Assembly: GCA_050179755.1 (NCBI GenBank)
Contig: JBFXEV010000001.1
Coordinates: 329,994 to 393,993, forward strand
Source: Candidatus Babeliales bacterium
GTDB lineage: Bacteria; Babelota; Babeliae; Babelales; JBFXEV01
Direction of reading: 5' to 3'
DNA length: 64,000 nt
The first letter of the stretch is position 1, and each line of letters begins with the position of its first letter. Both the position numbers and the translations under genes were made by a program. Shown here one piece after another: positions 30,164-40,039 of this stretch. The notes under the pieces are model-generated. The model was not told the DNA's origin. It saw only the letters and a program-made list of their open reading frames with translations, and did no database searches.

Positions 30164-31381
30164 CTATTTATTTAAAAATTCATAAAATATTTTTACTAAA
30201 TTCTTTGCTTGTTTTTTAGAATTAAAATTTTCAACTATTTGCTTTCGACCAGCTTTGCCCATCTTTGGCCATAATTCTGGATGTAAGATCAGATATTTGA
30301 TCTTTTCTGCAAGTGCAATTACATTTTTTTCTTCTACTAAAAGCCCGGTAATGCCATCTTGCACTAATTCAGGAATACCACTATGGTATGTACTAATTAT
30401 TGGCATGCCAACCGCCATTGCTTCCATCATAGATACTGGAATGCCCTCTTTATCACCATCAGAGCTTGTTACTGAAGGGGCAAGCAAAATGTGGCTGGAT
30501 TGCATCAATTCCCTTACTTCTGCTTGCGTTTTACTACCAAGTAAATGAATTTTGTCTGAAACCTCTAATTTTAAAATTAGCTCTTTCATTAGTGCCATAA
30601 GTGGCCCATCTCCAATAATGTTATATTCAATATTAGTATATTTTTGCGCTATACTTGCAAATGCTTTTATTGCATATTCAATTCCCTTCTTTTCAATAAA
30701 ACGAGCACAGGTTAAAAATTGTATCGTCTCCCCTTCTTTATAATGGCGCTCTTTAAAATCAAATGCTTGGCAGTCAACCCCTAAATAATGCACTCTAATT
30801 TGGTGCGCATCATAACCAAGTCCGACTAATTTTTCTCTCCAATGATTACAAATAGGTAGCGCTAAATCTAGGTAATTAAACAGATTATCATACAGGTGAA
30901 TATCGTTGTCTAAATTACAACTCATATCAACACCATGGAATATAGTAAACAGCGGGGCATTTATGGCGTATTTTTGCTTCAATTCATAGCCTAAATAGCC
31001 GCGATGCCCAAAATGACAGAGTATTATATCAAACGAATACTTTGAAAAAAAATCTTGCTTTTTACTTTTAGAATCATCATGATAGATAACGCGCTCTGCA
31101 AGTTTAAAGTCAACAAATGCATCATGCACTAAATCATCTTCCTTTTTAACTGCATATATACGTACATCATGACCTAATTCAAGTAAATCAATCACTTGAT
31201 TTAATATAAAAGTCTCAGATAATTTAGGAAAATAACTAACTACCATCAAAATTCGTAATGATTGATTGGTCGTTGATGGGGCTGTGATACATCGTGAGTA
31301 GACGCATAAAACCCAAAGCACGCAGCATAAAATTCTTGCAAAATATAGTATAGGCATAACTCTCCGCAGTCGTATACTCAA
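30164..31381 (-). CDS. GT4 glycosyltransferase, WcaL-like
   Basis: FPKLSETFILNQV, CHFG, FHGVD, ARFIEKKG, EGIPVSMMEAMA. Confidence 0.9.
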   Translation of the reverse strand: MSIRLRRVMPILYFARILCCVLWVLCVYSRCITAPSTTNQSLRILMVVSYFPKLSETFILNQVIDLLELGHDVRIYAVKKEDDLVHDAFVDFKLAERVIYHDDSKSKKQDFFSKYSFDIILCHFGHRGYLGYELKQKYAINAPLFTIFHGVDMSCNLDNDIHLYDNLFNYLDLALPICNHWREKLVGLGYDAHQIRVHYLGVDCQAFDFKERHYKEGETIQFLTCARFIEKKGIEYAIKAFASIAQKYTNIEYNIIGDGPLMALMKELILKLEVSDKIHLLGSKTQAEVRELMQSSHILLAPSVTSSDGDKEGIPVSMMEAMAVGMPIISTYHSGIPELVQDGITGLLVEEKNVIALAEKIKYLILHPELWPKMGKAGRKQIVENFNSKKQAKNLVKIFYEFLNK

Positions 31382-31505
31382 TTATTTCTCATATTCAGAA
31401 TATAATAGAACAAGTTCAAATAACAATGAATTAAAAAAATTATAGAAGTATTCTTTATTTATAACCCCCAGTAATCAACCTTTGTTACGGAAATTTATAT
31501 TATCC

Positions 31506-32690
31506 TTATGTCTTATTTTTTGTAATAAGTGCATATTCAAAAAAATTAATCAATTGCGCATTTTGCTTTTCAAGATTAAATTCTTCTTCTATTCGTGCTC
31601 TGCCTGCCTTGCCCATAACACGCCATAGCTCAGGATGCTCTATCAAATACTCCATCTTTTCACTGAGTGCATTTACATCTTTTTCTGGTACTAAAAAGCC
31701 GGTAATCTTATCTTGCACAAGCTCAGGTATACCACTATGATAGGTGCTAATTACTGGCAAGCCCCTTGCCATTGCTTCCATTATTGAAACTGGTATTCCT
31801 TCTTCATTACCATTTCTAGAAGTAATTGAAGGAGCTAAAAAAATATGCCCTTTACTTGCTAACTCATGTAATTCTTCTTGTGTTTTATTTCCAAGAAAAT
31901 GAATGTTTTGCGTAATATTAAGGGATTTCGCAAGTGCCTCGATACTTGCTTTACAGGGCCCGTCTCCAATTAATATATACTCAATATTGGGATATTTTTT
32001 TAACACCCTTGCAAATGCTTGTACAGCATATTTTAACCCTTTTTTTGTAACAAATCGACTAATAGAAAGAAAACAAATGGGTTGACCATTATCATATGTA
32101 CGATCTTTATATGCATAATTTTGACAATCAACGCCCATATGATGCACATATATTTTTTCTTGATCATACCCTAAACTAGTCAATTTTTTTTTCCAATATT
32201 CACTTACTGGTAATGCCAAATCAAGAGAAACGAATAGTTTATCATAAAAGTGTCTATTTCTTCTTAGCGTTCGACTCATATCGTAACCATGAAATACCGT
32301 AATTAGCGGCGCCTGAATATCATATTGGGCTCTTACTTTTTCCCCTAAATAACCTCTAGTGCCAAAATGACAAATAACAATATCAAAAGAATGTTGCCCG
32401 AAAAACAAACTTTTCTCATTTTTAGAAGAGTGATCATATATAATCCGATCTTGCAAATTATAGTCATAAAACTCTTTATGTATTAATTTTTTACCTTTTT
32501 TTTGTGCGTAAATCCGAACATTATGACCTGCATCCAATAAATTAGTAATTTGATAAAGAATGAAAGTTTCAGATAATACTGGAAACGTCTCTACCACGTA
32601 CAGTATGCTAAGAGTCCGTGGTGTACTTCTTAACGGTAGATGTATAAAAACAATAATAAAAATATAATAATAAAATCTCACATTATTCAT
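31506..32690 (-). CDS. GT4 glycosyltransferase, WcaL-like
   Basis: FPVLSETFILYQI, CHFG, FHGYD, EEGIPVSIMEAMA. Confidence 0.9.
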   Translation of the reverse strand: MNNVRFYYYIFIIVFIHLPLRSTPRTLSILYVVETFPVLSETFILYQITNLLDAGHNVRIYAQKKGKKLIHKEFYDYNLQDRIIYDHSSKNEKSLFFGQHSFDIVICHFGTRGYLGEKVRAQYDIQAPLITVFHGYDMSRTLRRNRHFYDKLFVSLDLALPVSEYWKKKLTSLGYDQEKIYVHHMGVDCQNYAYKDRTYDNGQPICFLSISRFVTKKGLKYAVQAFARVLKKYPNIEYILIGDGPCKASIEALAKSLNITQNIHFLGNKTQEELHELASKGHIFLAPSITSRNGNEEGIPVSIMEAMARGLPVISTYHSGIPELVQDKITGFLVPEKDVNALSEKMEYLIEHPELWRVMGKAGRARIEEEFNLEKQNAQLINFFEYALITKNKT

Positions 32691-32786
32691 TATTATTTTC
32701 TCCTTAAAAACTTACGTTCTATATAATTAGGATAATAAATAAAAAAATTGGAAAGCAATAGTTACAGCTTTCTATAGTTTTTCACC

Positions 32787-32814
32787 TTGACAAGTTTGTG
32801 CACTTTTCTATGCT
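32787..32814 (+). promoter_or_regulatory. Sigma70-type promoter
   Basis: TTGACA-N16-TATGCT about 40 bp upstream of ATG 32854. Confidence 0.5.
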
Positions 32815-32853
32815 TCTTATTGATCAATACTGAACGTTAATAAAGGCAAAAAA

Positions 32854-34527
32854 ATGTTAAAAATGGCCACTTCAATACTTATTTTACTAACTTTCAAAAT
32901 ATTCTCTTCAGATCAATTACCCATACAAATAAAATATTCATCTGCTCTATTGCAAAAAAAGGTTGAATATGAACTACCACTTGTCGTGCTTATTTGTTCA
33001 TATAATAACGCACCCTGGGTCAAAAAAAATTTAGATTCTGTATGCATGCAGCACTACACCAATTGGCGCATTGTATATTTTGATGATGCTTCCACTGATG
33101 ATACGTATGACCTTGTAATTGACTACGTTCATAGACATAATATCTCTGATAAATGCACTTTAATTACCGCGCCCTCACGCGGCCGCAAACTTAAAAATCT
33201 CTATACTGCTTTTCATCATTATATTGATGACCATGAAATCATTGTGCAACTTGATGGCGATGATTGGTTTGCGCATGAAAATGTTTTTTCATGTATTAAT
33301 ACACTCTATCAAAAACATGATATATGGATGAGCTACGGTAATTATCAAAACGTACCTAATCAAGCTCGCCAAGCATTAGTCATGGACATGATTCCCGAGC
33401 ATATTGTAGAAAACCGTCTGTTTCGGCAACAATTAATGTTTATGCATTTACGCACTTTTTATGGCTGGCTTGCAAAACAAATAAGAATTGCCGATCTTAT
33501 GAGCGCCCATTTATCTGACTATAAAAGCAACTTTTACCCTGCCTCAAATGATGCGGCGACCATTTGGCCCATGTTTGAAATGGCATGGCATCGATTTGCA
33601 TTTATAGAAGAAATTATGTATTACCTCAATCGATCAAATCCTATTAATGGCTTTAAAGTTGACCGCAGATTACAACGCAGAAGCACTGAAGAATTACAAG
33701 TAAAAATCCCCGTATACAAAGCACTACAAAAACCGATTCTCAATCATCTTGCTCAGTTTAAGAACGCACAAGCAGATTGCCTTATTTTATCACATAATAA
33801 TCCTGAGCAGCTCAACGAATTATTCCATTCACTCGATAAATATGCCCAGGATCTCAATGAAATATGGCTTTTTTATCAGGCCGATACTCAAGAAATGGAG
33901 GTAGAGTACCGCAAAATACTCCTTGATAATATTCACAATGTGCATAACTTCTCAATGTCTGGCAGCTCAATTAATATTAATTTGCAAGCTTGCCTTGAGA
34001 GCTGCACGAGTAAGCATCTACTGATTTGCTCAGATTCAATGAAATTAAATAAGTGCACTGATCTGAGTAATTGCATAGTAGAACTTGAACGTACTGGCGC
34101 TTATGGATTTTATCTAAGCCTTGGGCATAATCTAAATGCTTTTCCTGATCAACATGTATGGGGCGAACTCTATGCTAGTAAATTTAATGCAAGTAAATAT
34201 GCTTGGTTTAATTCTCTTGATATGACAGTCATGCGTAAGGCTGATTTTCTAAACCGCATACATCTTCTTGCCGAAACTACCACCATTACTGATTTTATTA
34301 CGGCATGGGAACAAGATCTTTCTCTGGATATATCAAATGCTGGTCTCTATTACACGTCACCAAAAACTACGGGAAAACTCCACGTTATTAAAACCATATT
34401 GCCACCACTGCCAGATTTACCTCGCCGAAGAAAACAGCGTAAAAACCCTTTTATCGACACTAAAAAAACACCTGAACATATCACTATAAAGCGAGAGCGA
34501 CGTATTAAAAAAAGACAATTATCTTAG
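32854..34527 (+). CDS. Two-domain GT2 glycosyltransferase with Pro-rich/basic tail
   Basis: CSYNN, FDDAS, LDGDDWF, RTFYGWL, LERTGAYGFY. Confidence 0.88.
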   Translation: MLKMATSILILLTFKIFSSDQLPIQIKYSSALLQKKVEYELPLVVLICSYNNAPWVKKNLDSVCMQHYTNWRIVYFDDASTDDTYDLVIDYVHRHNISDKCTLITAPSRGRKLKNLYTAFHHYIDDHEIIVQLDGDDWFAHENVFSCINTLYQKHDIWMSYGNYQNVPNQARQALVMDMIPEHIVENRLFRQQLMFMHLRTFYGWLAKQIRIADLMSAHLSDYKSNFYPASNDAATIWPMFEMAWHRFAFIEEIMYYLNRSNPINGFKVDRRLQRRSTEELQVKIPVYKALQKPILNHLAQFKNAQADCLILSHNNPEQLNELFHSLDKYAQDLNEIWLFYQADTQEMEVEYRKILLDNIHNVHNFSMSGSSININLQACLESCTSKHLLICSDSMKLNKCTDLSNCIVELERTGAYGFYLSLGHNLNAFPDQHVWGELYASKFNASKYAWFNSLDMTVMRKADFLNRIHLLAETTTITDFITAWEQDLSLDISNAGLYYTSPKTTGKLHVIKTILPPLPDLPRRRKQRKNPFIDTKKTPEHITIKRERRIKKRQLS

Positions 34528-34621
34528 ATAAAAGTTATACATTGCTACGGCAGTAGCCCTTGCACACCACCCTCTATTTTGAGTATAGTAAGAATGTATC
34601 TTAAACCTCTAAGGAGTAACT

Positions 34622-36019
34622 ATGAAGTTCAGAAGCATTACCCTATTGTCGTTGCTTGTCTTTGCACAATCTCATGCAATTAATTATCAAAAATATCAAG
34701 CAAATAACCCACAAAACATAACGATAATCGGCACAGGCTACGTTGGTCTAATTTCAGGCGCAGGTCTTGCAGCATGCGGGCACCAAGTTACCTGCGTGGA
34801 TATCATTAAAGAAAAAGTTGAAAAACTAAATCAAGGCATTATGCCTATTTTTGAACCCGGCATTCAAGAACTGGTAGTAGACCAAATGAAAGCAGGTCGC
34901 CTTTCCTTTACTCTTGATAGCAAATCTGCAATTGGCCAAGCTGATGTAATTATTATTGCCGTAGATACGCCTATGGGGGAAGATGGCAAAGCAGATTTAC
35001 GTGCTCTCACTGCAGTAGCCAAAAATATCGGCGCAAACCTTAATGGATTTACGGTGATTTGCACCAAAAGCACGGTACCACTGGGCACACATCTTGTGGT
35101 GCGCGATTTAGTGTCATCCACAAATACGTCAAACTCGCAATTTGAAATTGTTTCCAATCCTGAATTTTTACGTGAAGGAACTGCAATTATAGATTTGTTT
35201 GAACGGAACCCTATAATCGTTGGTACCGATTCAATCAAAGCACATGAGATCATGCAAGCAATCTATCAACCAATTATTGACCAAGGTGCAGATTTTATTG
35301 CTACTAATAATGCAACAGCAGAAATTATTAAATATGCGTGGAACACGTTCTTAGGTGTCCGTATTGCTTATGTAAATGAACTTGCAGAACTTTGCAATGC
35401 TGCACAAGCTGATGTATTTCAAGTAATACATGGCATGAGCCTTGGTGAAAAAGTATATCCAACAAGCAAGTTAAAACCTGGCCCGGGCATTGGTGGCTCA
35501 TGCTTACCTAAAGATACGCAAGCGCTTGTGCGCAAAGCTGATGATTTAGGTATTGATTTGCAAATGGTAAAGGCATTTGTTTCCTCTAATAAAAAACAAA
35601 AACGCAACGTAGTTCAACATATTTATGATTTACTTGATGGTGCTGTTGAAGGTAAAACGATAGCCATTTTGGGGCTTGCATTTAAAGCAAATACCGACGA
35701 CATTCGTTATTCAACAGCGATTCCGGTAATTAATAAATTACTTGCCGATGGTGCGCATGTATCAGCATATGACCCTGCTGCAATGGAGAATATGAGGCAA
35801 TTATATCCAGACGTAACTTACTGCTCAACAATCACGCAAGCATTAAAAGATGCGGATGCTGTTGTATTAATTACCGAATGGGACGAATTTAAACGAATCG
35901 ATTTGGCGCAGGTTGCACAGTTAGTTCGTTCACGTAACTTATTTGACGGTAGAAACCTTTGGGATCCTAAAGCACTCAAAGCTCTTAATTTTAACTATCG
36001 TAATTTAGGCAGAGCTTGA
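34622..36019 (+). CDS. ugd: UDP-glucose/GDP-mannose dehydrogenase family protein with signal peptide (second copy)
   Basis: IGTGYVG, KSTVPLG, SNPEFLREG, GGSCLPKD, FKANTDDIR; leader MKFRSITLLSLLVFAQSHA. Confidence 0.9.
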   Translation: MKFRSITLLSLLVFAQSHAINYQKYQANNPQNITIIGTGYVGLISGAGLAACGHQVTCVDIIKEKVEKLNQGIMPIFEPGIQELVVDQMKAGRLSFTLDSKSAIGQADVIIIAVDTPMGEDGKADLRALTAVAKNIGANLNGFTVICTKSTVPLGTHLVVRDLVSSTNTSNSQFEIVSNPEFLREGTAIIDLFERNPIIVGTDSIKAHEIMQAIYQPIIDQGADFIATNNATAEIIKYAWNTFLGVRIAYVNELAELCNAAQADVFQVIHGMSLGEKVYPTSKLKPGPGIGGSCLPKDTQALVRKADDLGIDLQMVKAFVSSNKKQKRNVVQHIYDLLDGAVEGKTIAILGLAFKANTDDIRYSTAIPVINKLLADGAHVSAYDPAAMENMRQLYPDVTYCSTITQALKDADAVVLITEWDEFKRIDLAQVAQLVRSRNLFDGRNLWDPKALKALNFNYRNLGRA

Positions 36020-37671
36020 TAATAATTCGCAAAATTTGGGTGCTACTTTGCTTTATAGTAAGTAGCACCTCACTTTCTGCATCTTTATGCAGTGAGCTAC
36101 CCATTGTAGTCCTTATATGTTCGTATAATAATGCACCGTGGGTAAAACGCAATCTCAATTCAGTTTTCAGTCAAAACTACACCAACTATCGCATACTTTA
36201 TATTGATGATTGTTCTGATGATGATACTGCGGCACAAGTTCTTGCCTATACCCAACGCCATGATACCGAACATAAACTCACACTGATTACGAATACTGAA
36301 CGATGTCGAAAAATGAAAAATGTATACAATGCCGTGCATTCATGCGATGACCATGAAATCATTGTACAATTAGATGGTGATGATTGGTTTTGTGATGATC
36401 AGTTATTTGCACATATTAATCATATGTATACCACGCAAGATATTTGGCTTACCTATGGATCGTATATGGACGTGCCAGGAGATAGTCGCGGTTATGCACA
36501 AAAAACCGATCCTGAGGTAATTAAAGATCAATCGTATCGCAATGCACCGTGGCTCTATATGCCCACGCGTACTTTTTATGCTTGGCTCTTTAAACACATA
36601 GATCTTAAAGATTTTATTGCAGAACAAGTTAAAGGATATCAAGGGCTCTTTTTCCCTTCTGCCGATGATCCTGCATTTATGTTTCCAATGCTTGAAATGG
36701 CAGGAACACGTTTTGCCTATATTAATCACATCAGCTATGTGGCAAATCGCGATAATCCCCTTATTGGCAGAAAGTTTGAACCAAATTTACAAGGAGCATC
36801 CGGCTGTGACGTACGGCACCGTACACGCTATCAAACACTTAAAAGTTCATCAAAAAAAATAACTGGTTGCCATGCAACAGCAGATATGCTTATTTTTTTT
36901 GAAAATAACCTCGATGGTCTTTCTCTTTTACTTGATTCTATTAGCATGTATATGAATGGCCTTGAACGCATCTTTATTGTTTATGATGACCATATACCCA
37001 CCAACCCCCTTGAAAAACTTATAAATCACTCTTCCATTGATATTCACTTAATTCCATTCATTGAGATCAGCAATATAGAAAAACTTTTAAAAAACGATTA
37101 TGTACTTATATCAACCGACCTGCTTTACTTACATTCAAATCTCAATATACGAGATTTCATAAATCACCTTGAAAAAACTGGCGCTTACGGATTCTATTTT
37201 TCCTATACTCCCACAGAAAATCCATTCTCTCTCCACACTCAGCACATTTATGAAGATATCTATGCTTGGAAATTCAACTGTGGAGGGTTTGCATTCTTTA
37301 ACTCGCTTGATATGGCGCTTATGAAAACTAAAGATGCAATCAAACAACTTGCAAGCATCACACCAAAAAAAACAGTAGCGTGTATTGCTGATTTTAAAAA
37401 TGAATGGTTATCAGCACACACTGCGGATATGCACCAAGTTGGTTTATTTTTAAAAGAAAGTCTCACTAAAGGAACCTATCAGCTCAGTAACAAGCTTATA
37501 ACACTGCCACCTTACTTTGATCCTCCTCCTGGCAGAGGTTACCGCACACCCAATGATTTTATTCGTAAACGAGAAAGAAAAATTCGTTTAACCGAAAATC
37601 GTAAGCTCCTTGAATCTGGTCAAACTGCAAGACCACGCCTTATTAAAAAAAGAACATTGCCCTTGTCTTGA
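36016..37671 (+). CDS. Two-domain GT2 glycosyltransferase with basic tail
   Basis: CSYNN, YIDDCS, LDGDDWF, RTFYAWLFK, LEKTGAYGFY; TTG start overlapping the ugd stop. Confidence 0.88.
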   Translation: MIIIRKIWVLLCFIVSSTSLSASLCSELPIVVLICSYNNAPWVKRNLNSVFSQNYTNYRILYIDDCSDDDTAAQVLAYTQRHDTEHKLTLITNTERCRKMKNVYNAVHSCDDHEIIVQLDGDDWFCDDQLFAHINHMYTTQDIWLTYGSYMDVPGDSRGYAQKTDPEVIKDQSYRNAPWLYMPTRTFYAWLFKHIDLKDFIAEQVKGYQGLFFPSADDPAFMFPMLEMAGTRFAYINHISYVANRDNPLIGRKFEPNLQGASGCDVRHRTRYQTLKSSSKKITGCHATADMLIFFENNLDGLSLLLDSISMYMNGLERIFIVYDDHIPTNPLEKLINHSSIDIHLIPFIEISNIEKLLKNDYVLISTDLLYLHSNLNIRDFINHLEKTGAYGFYFSYTPTENPFSLHTQHIYEDIYAWKFNCGGFAFFNSLDMALMKTKDAIKQLASITPKKTVACIADFKNEWLSAHTADMHQVGLFLKESLTKGTYQLSNKLITLPPYFDPPPGRGYRTPNDFIRKRERKIRLTENRKLLESGQTARPRLIKKRTLPLS

Positions 37672-37739
37672 TTCCGCGCAAGTTGTATATTGATGTTAGT
37701 AAAGAAGCTAGTATCAATGAAAATGAAAAAGGATACACG

Positions 37740-38879
37740 ATGAAGCTTATCACTACGCATATCTGCATATACCTCTTTATTACCTTAATCATCACAACAC
37801 TATGCGTACCACGTAATTTATATCATGGGCAAAAAATATCCGCTAACTCGCTTAAATCTTTAATACGGCCACTGCCAGACGACGCAGCTCCGGTTCTTGC
37901 ATGGATTGAAGAACATGCAGATGATATACGATATCTTGCAGCAACGCCTAAACCTCTTTCTTATTGGGCAGATAAGAAATATCATGGTAAAAAAACTATT
38001 CAAAGCTGGGGCATTGAAAACCGCGGCAGTAATAATTTTGTTTTTAAGTTGCCAGGCACTTGCTGGTGGATCAAAATTAGCGGTCCATTACGCCGTCTTA
38101 TTAATATATACGTCTATAATACCGGCACTAATCCTTTTGCTCATAGTGAATATGCCCTCCATAACGAATTTAGCAACCGTGAATATTTAAACAGTTTTGA
38201 AATCGTACCCACATTCCAAACTATAAGCCGCTATGCTAATTTGTTACTTTGTGACGATGTTATTGCTCGTAACCACATAACTAAAGTGTATTTTCCCGAA
38301 ATATATTTAGTACATATTCCTGGTAATCCTACCGATATATCTGATGATAACTATATTATTATTGAGCGAGACGTTGAAAATATCGAAAATATATGTGATC
38401 ACCCCCGTAGCACACTTGCGTTAACCAAAAAAAGCATTAAACAACTGTATCAAATAATCACACAGGGAGGCATTTTTGACTTTAATGGAGAGAATTTACG
38501 CATTGATGACCAAAATAATCTCGTTTTTATTGATCTTGAGCAAGCAATTGTTGAAAATCCAGCAGATTTTTATAATAAAAATAAAGATATTTTTGATTTG
38601 CGCGTATGCCATGGCATAGAGTCATTTGCAGACGTACATTTAGAAAAAGAATCTAAAGAATTTATTTATTTCAAAAATTTAATAATGAATGATCCCGCGC
38701 TTCTTGAATCTGCATATTGGGCTCGCTATGCAAAATTATTTAAAGTACGCAAACGTAGGCTTACGCGTCCCTCTCTCAAAAAAAGAAATATACCATCAAC
38801 CTCGCTTGCTGCATCGCTTGCAAAATACCCGGTAAATAAAGAGACGCTTAAACGCATAGGAAATAAAACAAATGCTTAA
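37740..38879 (+). CDS. Protein-kinase-like-fold protein with signal peptide and basic tail
   Basis: GSNNFVF, WIKISGP, IFDFNGENL (DxxxxN), VFIDLEQ; start moved to the ATG after AAAGGA. Confidence 0.6.
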   Translation: MKLITTHICIYLFITLIITTLCVPRNLYHGQKISANSLKSLIRPLPDDAAPVLAWIEEHADDIRYLAATPKPLSYWADKKYHGKKTIQSWGIENRGSNNFVFKLPGTCWWIKISGPLRRLINIYVYNTGTNPFAHSEYALHNEFSNREYLNSFEIVPTFQTISRYANLLLCDDVIARNHITKVYFPEIYLVHIPGNPTDISDDNYIIIERDVENIENICDHPRSTLALTKKSIKQLYQIITQGGIFDFNGENLRIDDQNNLVFIDLEQAIVENPADFYNKNKDIFDLRVCHGIESFADVHLEKESKEFIYFKNLIMNDPALLESAYWARYAKLFKVRKRRLTRPSLKKRNIPSTSLAASLAKYPVNKETLKRIGNKTNA

Positions 38880-39945
38880 CAAAATCGTTATCTTCCTTGC
38901 TGCACAACTGACTATATGCTCACTCAGCCCTCTTTGTGCAAGAAACACCTATAATGGCATTGAAATCTCTGCCGAAACTATTGCTTCATTTATCGAACCT
39001 TTGCCAAATGAAGCGATTCATATAAAAAAATGGATAAAAAAACATGCTGCAATGCTGCGCTTTCTTGCTGCTTGCCCCGCCCCACTTTCATCATGGGAAG
39101 AAAAAAAATTAAGAGGAAACACCTACCTGGAAGAACATGGTTATGAAAATCTTGGCAGCAATAACTTTGTGTTCTACATACCTGATTCTGATTGGCTTAT
39201 AAAAATAAGCGGACCTTTAAGGCGTGTCACCAATATCTATATGTATAACACTAACACAGATCCTTATATACCAACAGAATATAAACGCCATAAGGCATTT
39301 GGCAATAAAAAGCTCTTAAATAGATTTAAGGTGGTACCGACCTATGTAACTATTAGCCGGTTTGCAAACGCACTTCTCTGCAAAGATGTTTGTAAAAAAA
39401 ATAACATTGAGAATATTTATTTTCCTGACATATATTTGGTGCATATTCCCGGCAATCCGCACGATATATCAGACGATAACTATATTATTCTTGAAAAACA
39501 AGTCCCCAATATTGAAAATATCTGCTCACACAAACAAGAACGCAGAGCATTAACAAGAAAAGCTTTGAGAGAACTTTACCTCATTATTACACAAGCAGGT
39601 ATCTTTGATTTTAATGGAGAAAACTTACAAATTGATAATCACAATAATTTAATCTTTATTGACTTAGAACAAGGAATGGTTGAAAATCCCTCGCATTTTT
39701 TTAATAAGGATAAACAAATGTTTGATTTTAGGGTCTATGAAGGATTAACTTCTTTTGTTGAAACCCATTTGGAACCGTTCAGAGATAAGTACGATTTTTT
39801 TAGTTCATTACTCGCTAAAGATGACTCCTTAAGAACTTCCTCTGAATGGCAAGATATCAAACGCTATTTTTCGCTTACCAATGAGCAATCTACAAGCAAC
39901 ATTAAAAAAAGTGATGTTGTGGCCAATTATAAAGACCAAACATAA
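38872..39945 (+). CDS. Protein-kinase-like-fold protein, tandem paralogue
   Basis: GSNNFVF, LIKISGP, IFDFNGENL, IFIDLEQ. Confidence 0.6.
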   Translation: MLNKIVIFLAAQLTICSLSPLCARNTYNGIEISAETIASFIEPLPNEAIHIKKWIKKHAAMLRFLAACPAPLSSWEEKKLRGNTYLEEHGYENLGSNNFVFYIPDSDWLIKISGPLRRVTNIYMYNTNTDPYIPTEYKRHKAFGNKKLLNRFKVVPTYVTISRFANALLCKDVCKKNNIENIYFPDIYLVHIPGNPHDISDDNYIILEKQVPNIENICSHKQERRALTRKALRELYLIITQAGIFDFNGENLQIDNHNNLIFIDLEQGMVENPSHFFNKDKQMFDFRVYEGLTSFVETHLEPFRDKYDFFSSLLAKDDSLRTSSEWQDIKRYFSLTNEQSTSNIKKSDVVANYKDQT

Positions 39946-40039
39946 AGCACTCTCTAAATTATTGCACCCCATGAATACTTTGTGTTATTACTTAAGCAAA
40001 GAGCTGATAAAAAAAGATGATGCGTTGCGGAGGTTTCTC

